A DNA stretch of 64,000 nucleotides from IMG/VR virus record IMGVR_UViG_3300013121_000017, positions 96,001-160,000 of that record; one strand, 5' to 3'. Position 1 is the stretch's first letter, and each line of letters starts with the position of its first letter. Source of the stretch: a virus. Its lineage: Duplodnaviria > Caudoviricetes. Under the pieces are notes generated by a model. That model was not told where the DNA came from. It saw only the letters and a list, made by a program, of their open reading frames with translations, and made no database searches. Of the stretch, positions 54,824 through 62,656 are shown piece after piece. The position numbers and the translations under genes are program-made.

Positions 54824-55161
54824 ACATCCTTTTTGTCTGTTCGCGAAACAAGAAACGAAGCCCGACAGCCGAGACAATTTTCTCGGGAGTCAAAGGCATA
54901 GAAGTCGCGTCGGCAGGGACGGCCAAGGACGCCGAAGAACAAGTGACCCCAGAACACCTCGAATGGGCGAACCTGATCTTCGTGATGGAGTCTTACCATA
55001 AGGTGAGACTCACCGAGATGTACGGAAGACATCTCAACGGCAAACGGATCGTGTGCCTGAACATCAAGGATCGATTCGAGTACATGGATAACGAACTGGT
55101 CGCTTTACTGCGAGCCAGAGTGACTGCGGTTGTGGCGGAACTGGTAGACGCGCAAGCTTGA
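54820..55161 (+). CDS. Low-molecular-weight protein tyrosine phosphatase-like protein
   Basis: LFVCSRNKKRSPTAE P-loop; ASAGT; WANLIFVME. Confidence 0.85.
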   Translation: MNILFVCSRNKKRSPTAETIFSGVKGIEVASAGTAKDAEEQVTPEHLEWANLIFVMESYHKVRLTEMYGRHLNGKRIVCLNIKDRFEYMDNELVALLRARVTAVVAELVDAQA

Positions 55162-55209
55162 GGGGCTTGTGGCCGCAAGGCCGTGTGGGTTCGACTCCCA
55201 CCAACCGCA
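55126..55209 (+). tRNA. tRNA-Leu(GAG)
   Basis: caagc-ttGAGgg-gcttg. Confidence 0.93.
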
Positions 55210-55211
55210 CT

Positions 55212-55466
55212 ATGAAGAATGCGAAGACTGAAAAACAGAAGAAGAAGGAAGAGAGACGCAGGAACAAAGGCACAATCGCCGTGTACGCACTGTGCGACTG
55301 CGGCTGTTGTACCGCGAAGATGCGGTTCAGGTCTGAAAAATCAGCCCTGGAAGCGTTCAAGGCTGCCGGCTTGAAGAACTCGGCCACAATCACGGATGAT
55401 CAGGGTACGGTTCATGAAGGCATCGACACGTTCTACGGGTTGAGCCTGACAGATACGCGGATGTGA
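55212..55466 (+). CDS. Hypothetical protein
   Basis: ORF between two tRNAs; CDCGCC. Confidence 0.55.
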   Translation: MKNAKTEKQKKKEERRRNKGTIAVYALCDCGCCTAKMRFRSEKSALEAFKAAGLKNSATITDDQGTVHEGIDTFYGLSLTDTRM

Positions 55467-55540
55467 TGGAATTGGTAGACTTCCGGTCCTCAGAAGGCCG
55501 GGCCTTTAGTGGCGTGTGGGTTCGAGTCCCACCATCCGCA
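55457..55540 (+). tRNA. tRNA-Leu(CAG)
   Basis: cggtc-ctCAGaa-ggccg. Confidence 0.9.
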
Positions 55541-55555
55541 CTACTAGATAGGGTC

Positions 55556-56338
55556 ATGAACTTCAAGCAATGGATCGAGTCCCTGGAACTCATGGCCCTG
55601 CGGTCGCACCTCAAAAACCCGTCGATGGACATTGCGGGCCACGGCTGGGATCTACTGAGTTGGCGCGGCGGCAAAGCAATCATGAAGCGTCTGGGTATCG
55701 ACCCAGGCAAGTTCAGGACTGCGATGGAAGAAGGCGAGGAAGAGTTCTACACGATGGCCGACCGAATCGGCAAGGGCATGTCCCGTGATGAACAAGAAGA
55801 CTTCCTGGCCTACATGAACCAACACAACCCAGGCGACGTGCCAACACACTCGCTGATGGACCTGCAATCACAAAGAGGACGCAAGGGCTATCTGCCGCCG
55901 ACAACTTGGCTAATCCACTTCAGCGATGACGCCGAGAGCGTGGCTGACGAAGGGTTGACACAGGGCCAAGGTGACATCGACAAATTAGCCCTCACAGTTC
56001 ACCAAAGCAAATACGAGAAGCAGTACGGCGGGTACAACTTCGCCTTCACTGCCGATGGGCGACACGCCCGACAGGCAGCACGAAGCGGTAAGTATGGACA
56101 GAACGCTGTGATGTTTCAAGCATCCGGCATCCCGGTTTACCACTACAGTGACGAGGAAGATCAAGTGGTAGTCTGGGGCAAGGATGTGCCGGCGAGCAGA
56201 ATGGTCTTGCTCACCAATGACGGCGGGGACTGGACTGTCCGTAGCCGCAAAGGAGGGAGAGATCCCTTCACAGGAGATTTCGACAAAACGGTTGCCTGGG
56301 TCATGAAGAACTACAACCAGTACAGAAGGGTTCTATGA
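55556..56338 (+). CDS. Hypothetical late protein
   Basis: TAGATA 5 nt upstream; starts MNFKQWIESLE. Confidence 0.75.
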   Translation: MNFKQWIESLELMALRSHLKNPSMDIAGHGWDLLSWRGGKAIMKRLGIDPGKFRTAMEEGEEEFYTMADRIGKGMSRDEQEDFLAYMNQHNPGDVPTHSLMDLQSQRGRKGYLPPTTWLIHFSDDAESVADEGLTQGQGDIDKLALTVHQSKYEKQYGGYNFAFTADGRHARQAARSGKYGQNAVMFQASGIPVYHYSDEEDQVVVWGKDVPASRMVLLTNDGGDWTVRSRKGGRDPFTGDFDKTVAWVMKNYNQYRRVL

Positions 56339-56826
56339 CCTCGCAAGAGAAATACCGGAAAGCAATCGCCGACCGACCGACCAACGAAGAACTCAAATAC
56401 TGGGCGACCCTGGAACACAGAGCCGACGAGATTCAGAAGAAGGTGTTCGACGCTGACCTCGAAGAACGCAACGACCGATTCAAGATCTGGTTCGAGGAGT
56501 ACAAGCGTCAGCGGGTTTGTATGAGCAACGGCGTCGAGTTCATGGACTGGAAGAAACAGTTCGATGAAAGCGTCAGAATTATGTCCAGCCTGGACCCCGA
56601 CAAGATCCAGATCAATGTACTGCTGGCATGCTTCGAGGCCGACGAACAAGCCGGCGTAGCCGCCCTAAAATACGTTCAGGAGAACGAGCCTGAGATCCCC
56701 GACCCCGAGATGGTCGAACAACAGGCCCAGGCACGAAAGTGGATGGATGACATGGAAAAGGCTGACCAATTACACCGTGCAAGGATTGAGGCTGTGAGAT
56801 GCGGTTTGATGTACGACGGAGATTGA
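56335..56826 (+). CDS. Hypothetical protein
   Basis: ATGA overlap. Confidence 0.65.
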   Translation: MTSQEKYRKAIADRPTNEELKYWATLEHRADEIQKKVFDADLEERNDRFKIWFEEYKRQRVCMSNGVEFMDWKKQFDESVRIMSSLDPDKIQINVLLACFEADEQAGVAALKYVQENEPEIPDPEMVEQQAQARKWMDDMEKADQLHRARIEAVRCGLMYDGD

Positions 56827-56830
56827 TTAC

Positions 56831-56912
56831 GGCCCTGTGGTGGAACAGGTAGACACACTCCTCTTAAAAGGGAACGCCAATAGGCATGCGGGTTCGACTC
56901 CCGCCGGGGCTA
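56831..56912 (+). tRNA. tRNA-Leu(TAA)
   Basis: ctcct-ctTAAaa-gggaa. Confidence 0.9.
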
Positions 56913-56966
56913 CTAAAAATCCTGGGTTAAGGCGTGTATCAGTACACCCTTTTCACAGGAGAGACG

Positions 56967-57170
56967 ATGAGATTTCAAGATTGGGTTGGAAAGAGAAGTG
57001 AGTTTGGAAGAGAACTGCGGGATGAAAGAATCCAGCAGTTGACCGATCAGTGGTGGCAGGCTAAAGTCGATCAAGACTACCGGCGTGCCAAGTCCATCGA
57101 GGACGAACTGAACCTGAAGTATGACACCGTCGTTGATATGGGCGGGTCTTCAATCTTCGGGGATTTGTGA
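56967..57170 (+). CDS. Small hypothetical protein
   Basis: AGGAG SD; starts MRFQDWV. Confidence 0.6.
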   Translation: MRFQDWVGKRSEFGRELRDERIQQLTDQWWQAKVDQDYRRAKSIEDELNLKYDTVVDMGGSSIFGDL

Positions 57171-57171
57171 T

Positions 57172-57252
57172 GGCCATGTGGCGAAACGGTATACGCGCTG
57201 GTCTTAGAAGCCAGTCCCGAAAGGGTTGAGGGTTCGACTCCCTCCTTGGTCA
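57172..57252 (+). tRNA. tRNA-Leu(TAG)
   Basis: ctggt-ctTAGaa-gccag. Confidence 0.9.
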
Positions 57253-57265
57253 CTTAGAATGCAAT

Positions 57266-57529
57266 ATGGAAATCACAAGCACACTGATCAAGGACATGAA
57301 ACAATGGCTCGGCGAAGCCGGGCTGAAGTTCTTCCGTGATCTTCGCGACAAACACGGCGACTCTTTCGGAACCGCCGTGTGGATGGAAGGTAACATCCCT
57401 CACCCAGTTCACTTTCGTGAAGGCATGCAGGTGCGTAACAAACTCAGAGACTTGACCAGCGGTAGCTGGACAACTCATGAGTATGACGACAACTGGGCCG
57501 CAGTCATCGCGGCATGCCTTGACGACTAA
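57266..57529 (+). CDS. Hypothetical protein
   Basis: PHPVHFREGMQVRN; compact ORF. Confidence 0.65.
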   Translation: MEITSTLIKDMKQWLGEAGLKFFRDLRDKHGDSFGTAVWMEGNIPHPVHFREGMQVRNKLRDLTSGSWTTHEYDDNWAAVIAACLDD

Positions 57530-57599
57530 GGAGGAGCAGTATGACCTACTTGCAAACGCCCTTTTAGGTTAGCCATTTCGGCTGCCGAAAGGAGCAAGT

Positions 57600-57806
57600 A
57601 TGTGTCTTCGCAACATCCGCACCACTCAGGAGCGGCGTGCCAATCAGGACGGCCAGTGGGTCGTCAACGACTTCGGCATGAAGATCAAGATCCGGGGTCG
57701 CCGTCTCAAGCTTCCCAACGCCTGGGATGACATCCCTCGCCGCGACTGGAACCACCGCAGTTGGAAGCGTCACCGTCTCACCCAGTACCACATCATCGAA
57801 GCCTAA
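57600..57806 (+). CDS. Small basic phage protein
   Basis: AAGGAG SD; RTTQERR...LPNAWDD...SWKRHR. Confidence 0.6.
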   Translation: MCLRNIRTTQERRANQDGQWVVNDFGMKIKIRGRRLKLPNAWDDIPRRDWNHRSWKRHRLTQYHIIEA

Positions 57807-57810
57807 CGTA

Positions 57811-57842
57811 GGGGCGTCCAATTAGGACGCCCTTTTTCTTTT
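57811..57842 (+). terminator. Rho-independent terminator ending the tRNA locus
   Basis: GGGCGTCC-AATTA-GGACGCCC-TTTTTCTTTT. Confidence 0.85.
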
Positions 57843-57858
57843 GACCGCACTATAATGA

Positions 57859-58290
57859 ATGCGGCACAGCCAAGAGGAACACATGAAAGCAGTCGAGTGG
57901 GCAGACAAGTTCAACGCGGGCGTCTCTTCGGATGAGTGGGTTTCCATTCTCGAAGAGTACGGCAAGGAAACTGCGGACTTGATCGCCCTCCGGTCCAAAA
58001 ACTCTGACTTCAAGACCAAGCTCTCGGCCATGCACGGAGCCGTCAACGAACAGCGGAACAAGTTCCGCGCCGTGGTCGGCAAGGTTCCCAACCTTGCACC
58101 TGAGCGGTTTGAAGAACTGCTCCCGGTCCACGCCAAGGAGTACGTCGATCTGAAGGCCAAGGCCGACAAGAAGCCCGAAGAAGGCAAGGCCGAAGAAAAG
58201 GCCGGCGACGACGGCAGGAAGATCGCCAACCAATCCAAAAAGCCATATCACAACAGAAACCGTTTCGGCGGTAAACCCAAAGCCGCCTGA
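57859..58290 (+). CDS. Hypothetical protein (start may be the later ATG after GAGG)
   Basis: TATAAT upstream; charged helical ORF. Confidence 0.65.
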   Translation: MRHSQEEHMKAVEWADKFNAGVSSDEWVSILEEYGKETADLIALRSKNSDFKTKLSAMHGAVNEQRNKFRAVVGKVPNLAPERFEELLPVHAKEYVDLKAKADKKPEEGKAEEKAGDDGRKIANQSKKPYHNRNRFGGKPKAA

Positions 58291-58309
58291 TTCATGCCTA
58301 TATAACGGC

Positions 58310-59002
58310 ATGAACAACGGGCTTGCATTCAGATCCTGGCTACTGACCGAAGAAGAGTCATGGCATAAGAGCAAAGGACTTCATGTCTTCTTCGACATGA
58401 ACGAGACGCTCGTCGCCACGATTGAAGTCGGCTGGCTCAAAGACTGCCCCGGCAATGCCAACTACGCACCTTTGCTTCGCCCCGGCATCGATCCACACCC
58501 TGGCGTGACTTCCATCCAATGGAAGGGGCAGAAGGTTCACGTTTTCCCGCGTCCCGGCCTACGCGAATTCCTCGAAGAGTGCAAGAAGTTCGCTTCCATT
58601 CACATCCTCAGTCATGGAGAGATTGGTGAAGTCCGCAGAGTAGTCAAAGCCCTGAAGCTCACCGATCTTTTGCCCGAGAGTGAACTGCACTCAACCCGCC
58701 TTCTGGCTCCGGGTGATCTCGAACGTAAGTACGAACTCGACAACACCAACTGGGTGTTGGTCGATAACCTGTGGCCGACAACCGCCGAGATGATCAACAA
58801 GATGCGTATCCTGGGATTGAACTTCCCAGGCAAGACGCCGAGCGAGGAAGGCGAACTCGTATCCACGGTCGGCAAAAATCGCTTCGTCAACGTGAAGGAA
58901 TACCGGACTGAGATTGCCGAGAATCAGGACTACGAACTGTATCGCGCCTTGGGCGAGATCAAGAAAAAGCTTGGCTTACCGCTGGGAAACAAGAAGGGCT
59001 GA
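58310..59002 (+). CDS. HAD/FCP1(NIF)-like phosphatase
   Basis: FFDMNETLV, RPGLREFL, LVDN. Confidence 0.7.
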   Translation: MNNGLAFRSWLLTEEESWHKSKGLHVFFDMNETLVATIEVGWLKDCPGNANYAPLLRPGIDPHPGVTSIQWKGQKVHVFPRPGLREFLEECKKFASIHILSHGEIGEVRRVVKALKLTDLLPESELHSTRLLAPGDLERKYELDNTNWVLVDNLWPTTAEMINKMRILGLNFPGKTPSEEGELVSTVGKNRFVNVKEYRTEIAENQDYELYRALGEIKKKLGLPLGNKKG

Positions 59003-60034
59003 TGCGACCTTGCTCTTGATGTCGCTGAAGACCCTCTCAATAGATCGGGTTGAATCGATCTTCACAAACGACGGAACCTTACGCAACTCACGGTCGTAAA
59101 CCTTCTTCTGCATGCCCATGTAAATCGGACAGCTTTCTTCCTTGGATTCCGCGCCAGTTACGTCCATGCCGGACGAGTAGTGCTTCAGACCCTTGGAATC
59201 GCCGGCTCGCTGACATGCCAACTCCGTACCAACCGAAATGTAGAACAGGATGTCCGGTTCGCGGAGGTCGCTGTACATCTCTCGGACGAATAGTGGCTTG
59301 ATGCCGTGAGCAGCGTCACGGGCCATGCTGGTGTACCAGTAACGGTCACAAACGACAACCTTGCCGGACTCCAGGGCTGGTTTGATTTCCGTTTCGTAAC
59401 GGTGGATCATGTCGGCGGCATGCAAAAGATTGAACAACTTGGGAGTCAATTCCCTGGCATCCTTCGCCTTGTCAATCGGCTTTTCGAGCAGCGGCGAACT
59501 ACGCCACTTTGAGTGAACATAGTCGATGCCGAGTTCTGCAAGCCACTTGCACAACATGTCGATCTGTGACGTTTTTCCGGCCCCGTCCAATCCCTCGAAG
59601 ACGATCAGAAGGCCGCTGTCCTTTTTCTTGAGGAAGTCGCTGAAAGTTCCAGACAGGTGATTACCAAACAGTTTGCGAACACCCTCGGAAACAATGACGT
59701 TATGGCCGCGTTCGAGAGCCGGAACCTGGGTGATCTTGTACCAGCGTAGTTTGGCAATGTCGTCGTCCGGCTTTAGCTTCACGTCGGCATCCACCTTGAC
59801 GCAGAACGAATGGATTGTCTTCTTGCCGTCTTCGGTCGTGTGGAGTTTGGTCAATTTCTGGACATGGATGCCAGTTTCCTCTCGCACTTCGCGCACGGCT
59901 GCCGCATGAGGGGATTCACCCTTGTCGAGTCTGCCACCGGGCAGTACCAAAGAGTCGTCATGGCGAGTCCCGATGAGGACTTCTATAGCCCCCTTATTCT
60001 GCCGGAAGATCGCCACGGTTGAGATGTCAGCCAT
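58976..60034 (-). CDS. tmk: Nudix hydrolase-thymidylate kinase fusion
   Basis: GGRLDKGE...AAVREVREETG, then FEGLDGAGKT and VVCDRY. Confidence 0.88.
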   Translation of the reverse strand: MADISTVAIFRQNKGAIEVLIGTRHDDSLVLPGGRLDKGESPHAAAVREVREETGIHVQKLTKLHTTEDGKKTIHSFCVKVDADVKLKPDDDIAKLRWYKITQVPALERGHNVIVSEGVRKLFGNHLSGTFSDFLKKKDSGLLIVFEGLDGAGKTSQIDMLCKWLAELGIDYVHSKWRSSPLLEKPIDKAKDARELTPKLFNLLHAADMIHRYETEIKPALESGKVVVCDRYWYTSMARDAAHGIKPLFVREMYSDLREPDILFYISVGTELACQRAGDSKGLKHYSSGMDVTGAESKEESCPIYMGMQKKVYDRELRKVPSFVKIDSTRSIERVFSDIKSKVASALLVSQR

Positions 60035-60099
60035 GCCCGTATATAATGGTCACGTCGCACTATCTTAGAGGCGACTTCAACCAAGAAAGGAAACCCCAG

Positions 60100-60623
60100 A
60101 TGAGAGACTGATTCAAGAGAAGATCGAGAAGTGTCTCGACTTCTTTCACTCGCAACTCCGGTGCATCCACGGACACACCGTCAACTCAGGGCTGATCGAC
60201 ACGCTTCGCGTCCCGTACCACGGGCAGAAAGTCCCCATCCGGCAACTCGGCTGGGCCTGCGAACGCGGCAATGTCATCGCCATCTCACTCTACGACCCGA
60301 CCATCGTCGGGGCGACACTCCAGGCCGTCAAAGAGGCCGGGCTTTCGGGCTACACCGCAAAGCATGAAGTGATCGTCAGCATCCCCAGGCCGACAACCGA
60401 AGACATTCAACGCAACCAAAAGCGAGTCCGTGAACTTGGCGAGGACGCCAAAGTCGCGGTGCGGAAGGTTCGTCAAGAATTTCGGAAATCGAGTGAAAAA
60501 CTTCCCGAGGATGAGCGTAAGAGAATAGAGAAGGAAATTCAGGCCGAGATCGACAAGGCCATTTCCCGCATCGACTTTGACGCAGCCGCTAAAATTGAAG
60601 CACTTGACATCAAGGGCTTCTAA
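60100..60623 (+). CDS. frr: Ribosome recycling factor whose SD-linked ATG is out of frame (frameshifted or recoded)
   Basis: Frame from 60105: LIDTLRVPYHG..VPIRQL...YDP...IPRPTTE...EDAKVAVRKVR...EDE.KRIEKEIQ; ATG AGA GAC TGA at 60100 is in another frame. Confidence 0.8.
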
Positions 60624-60635
60624 CAGAGTTGCGTC

Positions 60636-60848
60636 ATGATTCCTGGGAACTGCTTAATCTGTGCCGTCCTGATTTGGATCTGGACCGGCGGAACAATCAT
60701 CCGAACATACCGTCCCGGCACAAGGATTCCCCACTGGGTTGTCCTTGGCCGGGATGGTCATGTACGTCACTTCACCGTCGTGAAAGACTTATTGCCGTAC
60801 CCGCTTCACTCGATCATTTTCCTGGGTCGGTTTGAGAGGATCGGTTGA
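60636..60848 (+). CDS. Small hypothetical protein
   Basis: Fills the gap; hydrophobic N-terminus. Confidence 0.45.
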   Translation: MIPGNCLICAVLIWIWTGGTIIRTYRPGTRIPHWVVLGRDGHVRHFTVVKDLLPYPLHSIIFLGRFERIG

Positions 60849-61517
60849 TCAGCGACGGAATAAGTTTCGGAGTGCGGGCAAGGGGTTCAGACCGAACCCT
60901 AAGCATGGCCCCCACGGATCGTATTCCGGCAGCCCCTGCATCTCACGAAACTTCTTGTAACCAGGGTTGCCCATCTCGTTACCGTTGCCTTCCTCGGTGA
61001 TTTTGTCCAAGACTTCTTGGACCTCTTCCTTGGTGAAGCCCTTGTTGCGGAGCGTCTTGATCAGCAATCCCGTAGCGTCACGGGTCTTGAAATTGTTCGC
61101 GTCCATGTTCTCGTCCATTTTGGTCGAGTCACCGCCCGCCGCCGTGTAGTAGTCGTTGGCGTCCGATTCCTTGATCTCCATCGTCTTGCCGCTTTTGAGC
61201 TTGAACGACTTCATTTCGTACAAGCCCTGGATTCCAGGGATCTCTTTCTTGCTGTTCAACACCGAGTAGTAACTGCCGAGAATGCGTCCGCCACGGGCAG
61301 CGATCTCAGGATCGCCGCTATTTGCCGCTTTACGCATTGCCTTGAGGCCGGCGTAGTCCATCTTGGCGAGGGCTGCTGTAGCTTTTTCTCGGGTACGAAA
61401 ATCATCGTCGCCCATCAACTTGATGAGCTTCTCCTGTTCTGCCGTGATTTCAGGAGCATCCTTGATTGGATCGGCATCCTGTGCCAGGGCCAAGGACAGA
61501 AAAAGTGCTAAAAACAT
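60849..61517 (-). CDS. Secreted protein with HEAT-like repeat
   Basis: Signal peptide; LIKLMGDDDFRTREKATAAL...DPEIAAR. Confidence 0.65.
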   Translation of the reverse strand: MFLALFLSLALAQDADPIKDAPEITAEQEKLIKLMGDDDFRTREKATAALAKMDYAGLKAMRKAANSGDPEIAARGGRILGSYYSVLNSKKEIPGIQGLYEMKSFKLKSGKTMEIKESDANDYYTAAGGDSTKMDENMDANNFKTRDATGLLIKTLRNKGFTKEEVQEVLDKITEEGNGNEMGNPGYKKFREMQGLPEYDPWGPCLGFGLNPLPALRNLFRR

Positions 61518-61550
61518 GGTCGCCTCCAGTAAGGCGCGAACCATCTTGGA

Positions 61551-62630
61551 TCAAGAATAGAAGGCGTGAATGAGGTCTACCACCTTTTTCGCGTCTTCTA
61601 GCGTCATGCCGGGGTGAAGCGGGATGTTGAGTCCCTCTTCTGCCAGTCGCTCCGTGTTTGGCAACACCACGTCTTGCTGTCCGTAGATCGGCAGGTGGTG
61701 AAGCGGCGCATACCGAAGCGTTGAATACACGCCATTGTTCTTCAAATGGTGGGCGAGCTTGTCACGATGCTTACACCTAATGAAATAGGTGAAGCGTGAA
61801 TGTGATGCCAGTAAATCAGGCAGTGAAACGAAAAACAGATGTTGCTGGTAGTAGTTCCAGATCTGATTGCGTCTCGCCTGAAGTTCTGGGAGCCGTCTCA
61901 ACTGCTCCAGGGCGATGCCGGCGCACACGTCGTTGCAAAGAACCTTCGGGAAAATGCCGTGTACGGGTGGTTCCCACCAGCGTGCTTCTCCTGTCGAGGC
62001 GAAGCCACTTTTGCCGACGCCACAGTACCGAAGATCTCTTGCCCGCTGACAGATCTCTTTCGACCCGGTCAATCCGCCGCCTTCTGGACATGCAAGGTTC
62101 TTGACGGCGTCGTAGCTGAAAATGCCAACCGCACCCTTCGAGCCGCACGCTTTCCCATCAGGGAAGTCGGACACGACGGCATGGGCCGCATCCTCGATGA
62201 CAGGCTCGCCAAGGGCCATGATTGGATCAATGTCCACCGGCCTACCTGCATAATGGACTACCATAACAGCCTTGGTCTTCTTTGTAAAGACAGCTTTGAC
62301 TGTTTCACAGGTGACGTTCTGCGTGCCGTAGTCAACGTCACAGAAGACGGGGCGATGACCACACAAGGCGACGGCCTGCGAACACGCAACCCAGGTGAAT
62401 GAAGGTATAATGACATCGGACCCAGGCGGAAGGTCAAGCAGGTGGACTGCAAGGTGCAAAGCAGAGCTTCCGCTCGACACCATGACGAGATCGTTGAGCC
62501 TTCTGGCTGCCGCGAATTCCTTCTCAAATTGCTGGACGACCGGCCCGGCCCCCATCCAGTTTTTCTGGAGGCTCTCGCCGACCCGCAGATATTCGCCGAT
62601 GCCGGTCGAAGAACCGAAAACGTTGATCAT
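61551..62630 (-). CDS. DegT/DnrJ/EryC1/StrS PLP-dependent sugar aminotransferase
   Basis: SSGSSALHLA, PSFTW, VHYAG, IEDAAH, FSYDAVKN..EGG. Confidence 0.93.
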   Translation of the reverse strand: MINVFGSSTGIGEYLRVGESLQKNWMGAGPVVQQFEKEFAAARRLNDLVMVSSGSSALHLAVHLLDLPPGSDVIIPSFTWVACSQAVALCGHRPVFCDVDYGTQNVTCETVKAVFTKKTKAVMVVHYAGRPVDIDPIMALGEPVIEDAAHAVVSDFPDGKACGSKGAVGIFSYDAVKNLACPEGGGLTGSKEICQRARDLRYCGVGKSGFASTGEARWWEPPVHGIFPKVLCNDVCAGIALEQLRRLPELQARRNQIWNYYQQHLFFVSLPDLLASHSRFTYFIRCKHRDKLAHHLKNNGVYSTLRYAPLHHLPIYGQQDVVLPNTERLAEEGLNIPLHPGMTLEDAKKVVDLIHAFYS

Positions 62631-62656
62631 TGAACCTCCCCTGGAGGATTATAGTC

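Noticed and set aside
49600-57260. CRISPR array suggested by recurring GGTTCGA motifs
   Set aside because: The repeats are tRNA T arms; there is no constant repeat-spacer period and no cas genes
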